Assembly (NCBI GenBank): GCA_051439425.1
Contig: JBFRWD010000149.1
Span: 1-34,294, forward strand
Length of the DNA stretch: 34,294 nucleotides
Source: Synechococcus sp.
GTDB lineage: Bacteria > Cyanobacteriota > Cyanobacteriia > Thermostichales > PCC-7336
Reading direction: 5' to 3'
Both the position numbers and the translations under genes were made by a program. Under the pieces are notes generated by a model. The model was given only the letters and a program-made list of their open reading frames with translations, was not told the origin of the DNA and ran no database searches. Numbering within the stretch: the first letter of the stretch is position 1; every line of letters starts with the position of its first letter. This document shows, in pieces, positions 9,394-17,709 of the stretch.

Positions 9394-12300
9394 ATGGCCT
9401 TGGTGGGAATTGCGAACGAAAACGAGTTTTACTCGGCGCACTATCTGGATGCCATTCTGACGGCGGATTTGAAGGGAGTGGCCAAGCGATGGCAGGAGGA
9501 GGTCAAGGGGGCGGAGGAGAAGACGCCGGACAAGCAATTGTTGGGGTTGCGGCAGGAGTATTTTCGCTTGCGTGATCGCCTGGAGCGCCTGCGCGAGCCT
9601 GAGGCTCGGCTGGAGCTGCAGCGGGAGTTTTTGCAGCGGTTGCTGGCGGTGTTGGGGTACGACTGGCAGCCGCAACTGATGTTGATGGATGACGATACGG
9701 TGCTGCCGGTGGTGGCGGAGGTAACGCGCAGCAACGGAGTGCCGCTGCTGTGGGTGTTGGAAGCATTCAACCCCGAGTCTGAACCAGCAGATGCGCTGTC
9801 GCTGGAACTGGATGAAGTGCAGTATGCGGGACTGCCAGAGGTGGAGGGAGAGAGGCTGACGGGTCTGTCGGTGGAGGACGTACTTACCGACGCGGTATTC
9901 GCGCAGGAGAATCCTCCAAGGTGGGTGCTGGTAGCGAGTATCGACCAGGTGTTGTTGCTCGATCGCCACAAGTGGAATGCCTCGCGATTACTCCGATTCG
10001 ACTTGGTTGAGCTACTGGAGGAGCGGGATAGCAATGCGTTGTTGGCAGCGGCGACGCTGTTGCATCGGGAGCATACCTGTCCGCAGGAGGGGAGTGCCTT
10101 TCTGGATGATTTGGACGAGAACAGTCACCGCCATGCCTACAGCGTTTCGGAGGATTTGAAGTTTGCATTGCGGGAGGCGATCGAGCTGCTGGGGAACGAG
10201 GCGATCGCCTATCGTCGTCAGGTGAAGAAGGAGCGGGTTTTTTCGAGCAAAGAGCAACAGGAGAAGGGGGAGCGGGAGATCGATCCGAACCAGCTCAAGA
10301 TCGAGTGTTTGCGGTGGGTCTATCGGCTGCTGTTTGTGTTTTATATCGAGGCGCGGCCGGAGTTGGGCTACGCGCCGATGGGGTCGGATGTGTATCGGGA
10401 GGGATACAGCCTGGAGAGCTTGCGGGATTTGGAGCAGGCGGAGTTGCTGACGAGCGAGGACGAGGAAGGCTTTTATATCGATACCTGTATTCGTCGCTTG
10501 TTTCGACTGTTGTGGGAAGGGTATCCGGCGCAGAAGGAGAAACAGTTGGATTTGGCCGGTCAGTTGGAGGATGAGATTCACGATACGTTTCGGCTGCCAG
10601 CGCTGAAGAGTCACCTGTTCAATCCGGGGCGGACGCCGATGTTGAATCGGGTCAAGTTTCGCAATGCGGCGATGCGGCAGGTGTTGGAGTTGATGTCGCT
10701 GTCCCGGGAGAAGGGTAAGCAGAAGCGACGGGGGCGGATCAGTTACGCGCAGTTGGGGGTGAACCAGCTGGGCGAGGTGTACGAGGGCTTGTTGAGTCTG
10801 TCGGCCTTTTTTGCGGAAGAGGATTTGTACGAGGTGAAACCTGCCAAAGATCCGGAGGAGCGCAGCGAGTTGGAGGTGGGCTATTTCGTGCCGCAGTCGC
10901 GGCTGGACGAATTTAAGGCGGACGAGTTTGTGAAGGATTCGGTGACGGGGCAAAAGCCGCGCATGCATCGGAAGGGGAAGTTTTTGTTTCGACTGGCGGG
11001 ACGCGATCGCCAGAAGAGTGCCAGCTATTACACACCGCAGTCACTGACGGAATGTTTGGTGAAGTACGCGCTGAAGGAGCTGCTGAAGGACAAGTTGGCG
11101 GACGATATTTTGACGCTGACAGTGTGCGAACCGGCGATGGGGAGTGCGGCGTTTTTGAACGAGGCAATCGACCAGTTGGCGGAGGCGTATTTAGAGCGCA
11201 AGCAGGAGGAGACGGGGGAGCGGATTCCGCACGATCGCGTGGCGATTGAGAAGCAGAAGGTGAAGATGCTGCTGGCCGATCGCAATGTGTTTGGCATCGA
11301 CAAGAACCCGATCGCGATGGAGTTGGCGGAGGTTTCGCTGTGGCTCAACTGCATTTACCGCGATCGCATTGAGGTGGAGCAGGTTGACGGTAGGGGCAAT
11401 GCTTACAGGACCTATCGAGATGGGGATGTGTTTGTGCCTTGGTTTGGGTTGCAGTTGCACTGCGGTAATTCGCTGATTGGGGGGCGACGGCAGATCTATC
11501 GACGCGGGCAGGTGACGGGGCTGAAGAAGGGCCAGAAGCTGTGGCATGCGGTGGAGCCGGAGCGGGTGGTGTTGGGGGAGGCGTTGCCGGAGGATGGGAT
11601 TTTCCATTTCTTGTTGGGGGATACGGGGATGGCGAATTACACGGACAAGGTCGTCAAGGGGATGGAGCCGGAGGCGATCGCCCGCATTAAGGAGTGGCAG
11701 AAGGGGTTTGCAAAGGCTGCGCTGACGCAGGAGCAGGCGGATTATTCGGTGCAGTTGAGTCGGCGGATCGACAGTTTGTGGAGCGAGTATGCGGTGGAGT
11801 TGGGGAAGATCCGCGATCGGACGACGGATTCGCTGGCGGTGTGGGGGCAGGTGTCTGCTGGGGAGGAGCTGGAGACGGCTTTGGAGCAGAAGGACAAGAT
11901 TTACGCTCAGGAGAAGCTGTCGGAGGGGGTGAATAATGCGGGGGCTTACCGGCGGCTGAAGTTGGTAATGGACTATTGGTGTGCGTTGTGGTTTTGGCCG
12001 ATCGCGCGGGCGGAGGAAATGCCTTCTATGGAGCAGTTTTTGCAGGAGGTGGGAGCGATTTTGGGGGAGACGGAGATGTTGGCTCCCGCCGTGCAGCAGA
12101 TTCAGCTATTTCCAGAGACGCAGGAGGCTGAGCAGGGGGAGTTGTTTTTGCGCAGTTGGGGGTATGTCGATCTCGATAAGTTAAAGCTGTTGAGTCCCCG
12201 GCTGCAAATTGTTGAGGAGCTTGCGGAGCGGCATCGGTTTTTCCATTGGGAGTTGGAGTTTGCCGATATTTTTCGGGAGGAGGCTGGCTTTGATCTGATG

Positions 12301-14307
12301 TTGGGGAATCCGCCGTGGGTGAAGGTGGAATGGCAAGAAGGGGGGATTCTAGGGGATTACAACCCCGTGGTAGAACTGCAGAAGTTGTCGGCAAGTAAGT
12401 TATCAGCAATACGAGGGAGCTTATTTGAGCTTTATCCAGGACTGAGAAGCGCTTATTTTCAAGAGTTTGAGGAATCAGATGGCACTCAGAATTTCCTTAA
12501 TGCAGTTCAAAACTATCCTCTTCTAGAAGGACAAAAAGCAAACCTTTTCAAATGTTTCTTGCCACAAGCCTGGAAGTATAGCAAGGCTCAGGGAGTATCA
12601 GGTTTCCTACATCCCGAGGGGGTTTATGACGATCCGCGAGGCGGACTACTTCGTGCAACACTTTATCAATATTTACAAGCTCATTTTCAGTTTGACAATG
12701 AACTTCGTTTATTTAATGAGGTTCATCACGCAACCAAATTTAGTATCAACCTCTATAAGAAACCATCTAAGCTTTTTGAGGAAAAGAGTAGATTTGTCCA
12801 TCTTGCCAACTTGTTTACAGCAAAAACAGTCTTTGAATGCTTCGAAACATCATCGGAAAGGGTAATTCCAGGAATTAAAGATGAAGATGGGAAATGGGAA
12901 ACAAAGGGTCATCCTGTGAGAATTATTAGTGTCGATCTCTCAACACTTGATCTTTTTGCAAAGCTATATGGGGCGGACGGGACTTCTGCAATTGAGGCAA
13001 GACTACCAGCTATACATACTCAAAGCCTAGTTAGTGCTCTGGGCAAATTTTCTGGCCAGGGTAAGAAGTTATCAGTCGTTAGTTATTTCCCAACACCTTC
13101 AACATGCTGGAATGAAGTTAACGCGCAAAAGGATGGAACAATAAGAAGAGAGACGACAAGGCCTGAAAACACTCAACAGTTGATTTTCTCGGGTCCTCAT
13201 TTTTATGTGGGTAATCCTTTCTACAAAACCCCTAAGAGCGTTTGTCAATTAAATAGTGACTATAACGTCGTCGATTTAGGTGATATACCTGATGATTTTT
13301 TACCAAGAAGTAATTATATCCCTTCATGCTCTCCTTCTGAATATGAAAATCGTCTAACGATTGTTCCGTGGACATCTCAACAAACAGTAACTAATTTTTA
13401 TCGTGTTATTAGTCGCGAAATGCTCAGCCAATCAGGAGAAAGAACTTTTGTGCCTGCTTTGATTCCTCCTGGTGCAGCTAGCATTCATACATGTGTATCT
13501 ACGGTATTCAAAAATGTTCTGGATGCAATAGACTTTCTCTCAATGGGATTAAGTCTTTCTGTTGATTTTTTCGTTAAAACGACAGGTATGGGACACGCAA
13601 ATCACAATATTTTGCGTCTACTTCCCCTAACTCCTGAGAGCTTTTCCTTAAAACATCTACTTCGCCTACGTGCTCTTACCCTCAATTGCCTCACCACCCA
13701 CTATGCCGACCTCTGGGTCGACACCTTTGACCCCACCTTCACTCACGACACTTGGAGCAAACCCAACGATCCCCGCCTCGATCCCAACTTCTTCACCAAC
13801 CTCTCCCCCACCTGGCAACGCAACTGTACCCTCCGTACCGATTACGCCCGCCGCCAAGCCCTCGTCGAAATCGATGTTCTCGCCGCCCAAGCCCTCGGCC
13901 TCACCCTCGACGAACTCATCACCATCTACCGCGTCCAATTCCCCGTCATGCAGCAATACGAACGGGAAACCTACTACGACAAAAACGGCCGCATCGTCTT
14001 CACTACCAGTAAAGGCCTCACCGGCGTCGGCCTCCCCCGCAAAGGCAACAAAAAACAAGGCACTATCGGCTGGGAAGACGTCTACGACCCCACCACCCAA
14101 CAAGCCACCCAAGACCGCATCGCCATCCAAATCGAAGACGACACCCTACCCCCCACCGTCCCTCTCCGCCCCGGCGAACAGTGGCTCGGCGACGACGGCA
14201 AACGTCTGCGCACCATCGTCTACGAAGCCCCCTTCGTCAAATGCGACAGAGTCGAAGACTACCGCATCGCCTGGGCTCATTTCGAAGCTCGCGCATCTGA
14301 AATGTAG
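9394..14307 (+). CDS. Large N6-adenine DNA methyltransferase (type IIG/Eco57I/PglX/DrmMI-like)
   Basis: About 1637 aa; likely start ATG 9394 (MALVGIANENEFYS) after AGGTGA, while the track starts at GTG 9385. Motifs: LGEVYEGLL, SYYTP (X), CEPAMGSAAFL (I, SAM binding), FGIDKNP, GNSL, FFHWELEF and GNPPW (IV, catalytic), followed by a target-recognition region. Confidence 0.92.
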   Translation: MALVGIANENEFYSAHYLDAILTADLKGVAKRWQEEVKGAEEKTPDKQLLGLRQEYFRLRDRLERLREPEARLELQREFLQRLLAVLGYDWQPQLMLMDDDTVLPVVAEVTRSNGVPLLWVLEAFNPESEPADALSLELDEVQYAGLPEVEGERLTGLSVEDVLTDAVFAQENPPRWVLVASIDQVLLLDRHKWNASRLLRFDLVELLEERDSNALLAAATLLHREHTCPQEGSAFLDDLDENSHRHAYSVSEDLKFALREAIELLGNEAIAYRRQVKKERVFSSKEQQEKGEREIDPNQLKIECLRWVYRLLFVFYIEARPELGYAPMGSDVYREGYSLESLRDLEQAELLTSEDEEGFYIDTCIRRLFRLLWEGYPAQKEKQLDLAGQLEDEIHDTFRLPALKSHLFNPGRTPMLNRVKFRNAAMRQVLELMSLSREKGKQKRRGRISYAQLGVNQLGEVYEGLLSLSAFFAEEDLYEVKPAKDPEERSELEVGYFVPQSRLDEFKADEFVKDSVTGQKPRMHRKGKFLFRLAGRDRQKSASYYTPQSLTECLVKYALKELLKDKLADDILTLTVCEPAMGSAAFLNEAIDQLAEAYLERKQEETGERIPHDRVAIEKQKVKMLLADRNVFGIDKNPIAMELAEVSLWLNCIYRDRIEVEQVDGRGNAYRTYRDGDVFVPWFGLQLHCGNSLIGGRRQIYRRGQVTGLKKGQKLWHAVEPERVVLGEALPEDGIFHFLLGDTGMANYTDKVVKGMEPEAIARIKEWQKGFAKAALTQEQADYSVQLSRRIDSLWSEYAVELGKIRDRTTDSLAVWGQVSAGEELETALEQKDKIYAQEKLSEGVNNAGAYRRLKLVMDYWCALWFWPIARAEEMPSMEQFLQEVGAILGETEMLAPAVQQIQLFPETQEAEQGELFLRSWGYVDLDKLKLLSPRLQIVEELAERHRFFHWELEFADIFREEAGFDLMLGNPPWVKVEWQEGGILGDYNPVVELQKLSASKLSAIRGSLFELYPGLRSAYFQEFEESDGTQNFLNAVQNYPLLEGQKANLFKCFLPQAWKYSKAQGVSGFLHPEGVYDDPRGGLLRATLYQYLQAHFQFDNELRLFNEVHHATKFSINLYKKPSKLFEEKSRFVHLANLFTAKTVFECFETSSERVIPGIKDEDGKWETKGHPVRIISVDLSTLDLFAKLYGADGTSAIEARLPAIHTQSLVSALGKFSGQGKKLSVVSYFPTPSTCWNEVNAQKDGTIRRETTRPENTQQLIFSGPHFYVGNPFYKTPKSVCQLNSDYNVVDLGDIPDDFLPRSNYIPSCSPSEYENRLTIVPWTSQQTVTNFYRVISREMLSQSGERTFVPALIPPGAASIHTCVSTVFKNVLDAIDFLSMGLSLSVDFFVKTTGMGHANHNILRLLPLTPESFSLKHLLRLRALTLNCLTTHYADLWVDTFDPTFTHDTWSKPNDPRLDPNFFTNLSPTWQRNCTLRTDYARRQALVEIDVLAAQALGLTLDELITIYRVQFPVMQQYERETYYDKNGRIVFTTSKGLTGVGLPRKGNKKQGTIGWEDVYDPTTQQATQDRIAIQIEDDTLPPTVPLRPGEQWLGDDGKRLRTIVYEAPFVKCDRVEDYRIAWAHFEARASEM

Positions 14308-14403
14308 AAACTACTGAACTGAGTCTCTCTACTGGCAGAAGTTATTTCACGGAGCCCCAGGAAGTAGGTCATCGAAACAATAGGCACTTTCAAATGGCTG
14401 CCT

Positions 14404-14865
14404 TTACTTCATCAAAGGCTTCAAGGGACTAAGAATCTCATAATAAGCATCCTTTAAAGCTTCGCGGGTAACCCGGTAATTTCCGCGCCTCTGCTTGTGC
14501 CGATTTCCTAAACTTTGAAAAGCCTGATCGAGAAGAACGGTGAACTCATCTTGGTTCTGACCCTTACCCAGAACTTCAGTATCTATTTCGATCCCGTACA
14601 GTCTGCCACTGTGTTTCCCGACGCGGGGATAAACATGCGAGCTAGCTGTATTGGCATCAGACTCTACTGAAGTATCCTCATTGCCAATGTAGGAAAACTC
14701 AATAGCAAAACGCTTTCTATCCTCATCAAGCTTCCCCCTTATCGCTTTAGGGACATCATAGGGAGAGAGCATCACCTGTCTTTCTCGCCCTCTAATAATC
14801 TCCATCCTGGGCTTTGCCTCATTCAGAGACAAAGGATCGAGACTCACCCACTTAGTAGCTTTCAT
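14404..14865 (-). CDS. Small hypothetical protein with a DUF2283-like beta-rich segment
   Basis: 153 aa. Its start overlaps the upstream stop (ATGA, 14862-14865), indicating translational coupling. The segment LDEDRKRFAIEF...GKHSGRLYGIEID resembles the DUF2283 pattern (YD.E.D.LYI.F...GR+vGIEI) by eye. Confidence 0.7.
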   Translation of the reverse strand: MKATKWVSLDPLSLNEAKPRMEIIRGRERQVMLSPYDVPKAIRGKLDEDRKRFAIEFSYIGNEDTSVESDANTASSHVYPRVGKHSGRLYGIEIDTEVLGKGQNQDEFTVLLDQAFQSLGNRHKQRRGNYRVTREALKDAYYEILSPLKPLMK

Positions 14866-15671
14866 GACTTAGACCTTTCCAGTAATAGTCCCACGTAGGC
14901 TGCGAAAGTAGAGATCTGCTTCTGAGTAGTTAGGTCGGCACTGATAATTGAATCGTTCCTACTATCGAGTACCACTACTCCCCAAGGTTGCCCCTTAACT
15001 TCGATTGGCATTCCTACAAACAAGCGAGATCTAGGGAGCTTTTTCTTTAACCACTTTACAGTGACGAAAGTCTCACCAGCATACACATTATAGTTTGCGA
15101 CAGTTGGGTTATTCGCTAGGTCGGGCAACCCCTGTACGAATATCACGCTCTGACCACTCCAAGCCTGACCAGCCACCCCTTCAGCATCATCACTGCGATC
15201 GGGAGCCTTAAAGTATGTCGAAGTATTGAGCGTCAAGTGACCCGAGCGCTCCACAGGCAGCAGCCACCCACCCCAAGGCCAAGCGCGCGCAACCAACCAA
15301 ACCCATGGATACGGTGTCCAACGAGAATACTTAAACAAAGTGACTCGGTGGTGATCGACGGGATCGTCCTTCCCATCAATAAAAACATCGTCCCTCAATC
15401 TATTCAGATAGCGATGGACGGTTTGCCACAGCCATGGCGGACCCAACTGACGCTTGATAATAGCAATCAGTCCTACAGCAAGAGTTAGAGCAACCAGCAT
15501 GAACCATGCTGTGTTCTGCAACCAAGCAACCAAATTTTGGTAGACCCCCCAGGAAAAGGCAGTTCGATCTGCCTTGAGCGTCGCCCCATAAGCAGTCACC
15601 AACAACCCCAATACAACCTGCAAAAAAGACAAGAACCCGTAAACACTTCCCCAAGACCTACGAATCGGCAT
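14862..15671 (-). CDS. Two-TM membrane protein with a C-terminal GAF-like domain
   Basis: 269 aa. Two hydrophobic helices (aa ~10-31 and ~55-72), then RVTLF, EGVAGQAWSGQSVIFV and LFVGMPIEVKGQPWGVVVLDS, which match GAF-domain signature segments. Confidence 0.75.
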   Translation of the reverse strand: MPIRRSWGSVYGFLSFLQVVLGLLVTAYGATLKADRTAFSWGVYQNLVAWLQNTAWFMLVALTLAVGLIAIIKRQLGPPWLWQTVHRYLNRLRDDVFIDGKDDPVDHHRVTLFKYSRWTPYPWVWLVARAWPWGGWLLPVERSGHLTLNTSTYFKAPDRSDDAEGVAGQAWSGQSVIFVQGLPDLANNPTVANYNVYAGETFVTVKWLKKKLPRSRLFVGMPIEVKGQPWGVVVLDSRNDSIISADLTTQKQISTFAAYVGLLLERSKS

Positions 15672-15778
15672 TCCACCCCCGTGACAGTGACTCTTTCGAT
15701 ATCGGAGACCAGAACTGGGCAGACTTAGAAAACCGCATTTGCAAATTGGCTCTGAAGCCAGCGCGACTCAGCCTAACT

Positions 15779-17581
15779 ATGTCGACCCTGAAAGCCCTGA
15801 GAAGCAAATTAGCAGACCAAGCCTATCCCAATCTGTCTCTTCGACTTGAATCCGAGGATATCTCCACTCTGAAGGAAAAGTACGCGCTACCCCGCTACAC
15901 CTATCGGCTTTCAAAAAACGCGATCGCTTTAGCTGGCTGTGCCGCGATGCTGGCTGCTTCGTTAGCAGTCAAAGGCGAGCAACGGACTTATGTCCTTGTT
16001 GCAGCTACGACCATAGGGGGAGCTGCCATTGCCTACAGTGCCTATCGCGATCGGCAACAGCAATTCCACATCCATCTCGAAACCAACATTGCCCTTGAGG
16101 AAGAAAGAAAGAGACGAGAACGGCTTGCCGTTCTGAGAACACTGCTGTGGCTCGCCAACGCCGACAATTCCATTTCTCCCGAAGAAACTAAAGCTCTACA
16201 GGAAATAGCCGAAAGGTTGGAGGTCGAAGATTTCGATCTGGCCGATGAGGTTGAAAACTTACCCGCAGAATTATCTGATATTCTCAGCCCAATTTACAGC
16301 GAAGGTGCAAAACAATTTCTCATCAAAGAGCTGATTCATTTATGCTTTGTCGACGGGCATTACAGTGCATTCGAGAGGAAGGCTGTATTTTACATCGCCA
16401 AGATAATGGGCGAACAAGCAGAGTTTGTTTTGAGAATGGAAGCAGACTATGCCGCTAATCACCTGAATGGCGATCTGATAGAACTTGATTCCGATGTCGA
16501 GAAAGCAAAGACAGAACAAAAGACCTCTGAAGGTTTTAACTGGAAGAAGATTGGCGTTATTGGAGGCCTTGGCGTTGTTGGAGGTTTAGCCTTAGCGGCA
16601 ACTGGAGGAGTAGCTGCTCCAGCAATCGGTGGCTTGATTGGGAGTACGTTCCTAGGCCTCAATGGTGCAGCAGCAATGAGTGCGGGCTTGGCATTCATTG
16701 GGGGCGGATCTCTAGCCGCTGGTGGACTCGGAATGGCGGGCGGTACGGCAGTAATATACGGCAGTTTCGGTCTGGCAGGCGCAGCAGCAGCAGCCAATGC
16801 TGGAAACAATCTCCTCGGAGATCTTAAAGAGTTTCAGTTCGTTCCCGCTCACGAAGATCGCGATGCTTGCCACAGCATCATCTGCATTCATGGCTTCATG
16901 CAACAAGGCTTAGACGTTTCGCAGGAATGGAAGGCAGTAGCGAACCATTACGAACACAGTTGCGTCTTAGGCCTCAATTGGGAGTCCAAGAAACTGCAGG
17001 AGCTCTCCAATCTCATCACATCCCTAACAGTTAAACAGGGAGCCGCTCAGTTTGCTGGTTTTATGGGTAGGCATGGCTTGAGGGCTGCGGGAAAAAAACT
17101 GGCTTTGCCTGCAGCGGTTCTCAGTACCTTTAGTGCGATCGACAATCCCTGGTCTGTAGCTAAGAACAGGGCGGAGAAGGCAGGTTATGTTCTGGGCCGA
17201 ATCTTAGCTGAGATGAAAACTCCAGTTTCGCTACTGGGCTATTCCTTGGGAGCAAGAGTCATCATCAATGCCCTTCAGTACTTGCAAGACAACAATATTG
17301 AAGGCAAGGTTTACGACGTCTGGCTATTAGGTGGTGCTGTGAGTCGAAACCATCCATTCTTTCAAGGAAAGAATCTAAAAAAAGTTGTTGCAAACAACAT
17401 CATGAATGCATACTCCCGTAAGGATTGTGTCCTGACTTATCTGTACCGTTCTGCCGAACTGCTTGATCGCCCCATAGGCCTAGAGCCCTTGAAACACAGC
17501 GATATCGTAGATGTTGACGTGACAGAATCCGTTGGGGGGCACTTGCAATATCCTAAGAACTTAGACGTGTTTTTCAAATAG
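15779..17581 (+). CDS. TM + TerB-like + DUF726 (TMCO4-like) alpha/beta-hydrolase fusion
   Basis: About 600 aa; likely start ATG 15779, while the track uses TTG 15746. Two N-terminal TM helices; TerB repeats LANADNSISPEE and LCFVDGHYSAFE; Gly/Ala-rich ATGGVAAPAIGG...GGGSLAAGGLGMAGG; IHGF, NPWSVAKNRAEKAG, nucleophile elbow GYSLG, YSRKD and GGHLQY. Confidence 0.82.
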   Translation: MSTLKALRSKLADQAYPNLSLRLESEDISTLKEKYALPRYTYRLSKNAIALAGCAAMLAASLAVKGEQRTYVLVAATTIGGAAIAYSAYRDRQQQFHIHLETNIALEEERKRRERLAVLRTLLWLANADNSISPEETKALQEIAERLEVEDFDLADEVENLPAELSDILSPIYSEGAKQFLIKELIHLCFVDGHYSAFERKAVFYIAKIMGEQAEFVLRMEADYAANHLNGDLIELDSDVEKAKTEQKTSEGFNWKKIGVIGGLGVVGGLALAATGGVAAPAIGGLIGSTFLGLNGAAAMSAGLAFIGGGSLAAGGLGMAGGTAVIYGSFGLAGAAAAANAGNNLLGDLKEFQFVPAHEDRDACHSIICIHGFMQQGLDVSQEWKAVANHYEHSCVLGLNWESKKLQELSNLITSLTVKQGAAQFAGFMGRHGLRAAGKKLALPAAVLSTFSAIDNPWSVAKNRAEKAGYVLGRILAEMKTPVSLLGYSLGARVIINALQYLQDNNIEGKVYDVWLLGGAVSRNHPFFQGKNLKKVVANNIMNAYSRKDCVLTYLYRSAELLDRPIGLEPLKHSDIVDVDVTESVGGHLQYPKNLDVFFK

Positions 17582-17709
17582 AGGTTATCAACGACTGCGA
17601 GCGACTTATTCGAATCACAGCATCGCGATGCCTCGCTTCCAGACAGTGCGGCCATTTGTGCTTTCAGAAGTCTATTGCCGCTAAAGCAAACAGACGACAA
17701 GCCAATGCT

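Noticed and set aside
9282..12409. Many overlapping or antisense ORFs up to 318 aa within the MTase gene
   Set aside because: Shadow frames caused by the G-rich, stop-poor composition. Their translations are low complexity and overlap a well-supported CDS.
13666..14317. 215-aa Pro/Ser/Thr-rich and 154-aa antisense ORFs at the MTase 3' end
   Set aside because: Artefacts of extreme C-skew. The MTase frame holds the conserved C-terminal motifs (RRQALVEID, YRVQFPV, DRVEDY).
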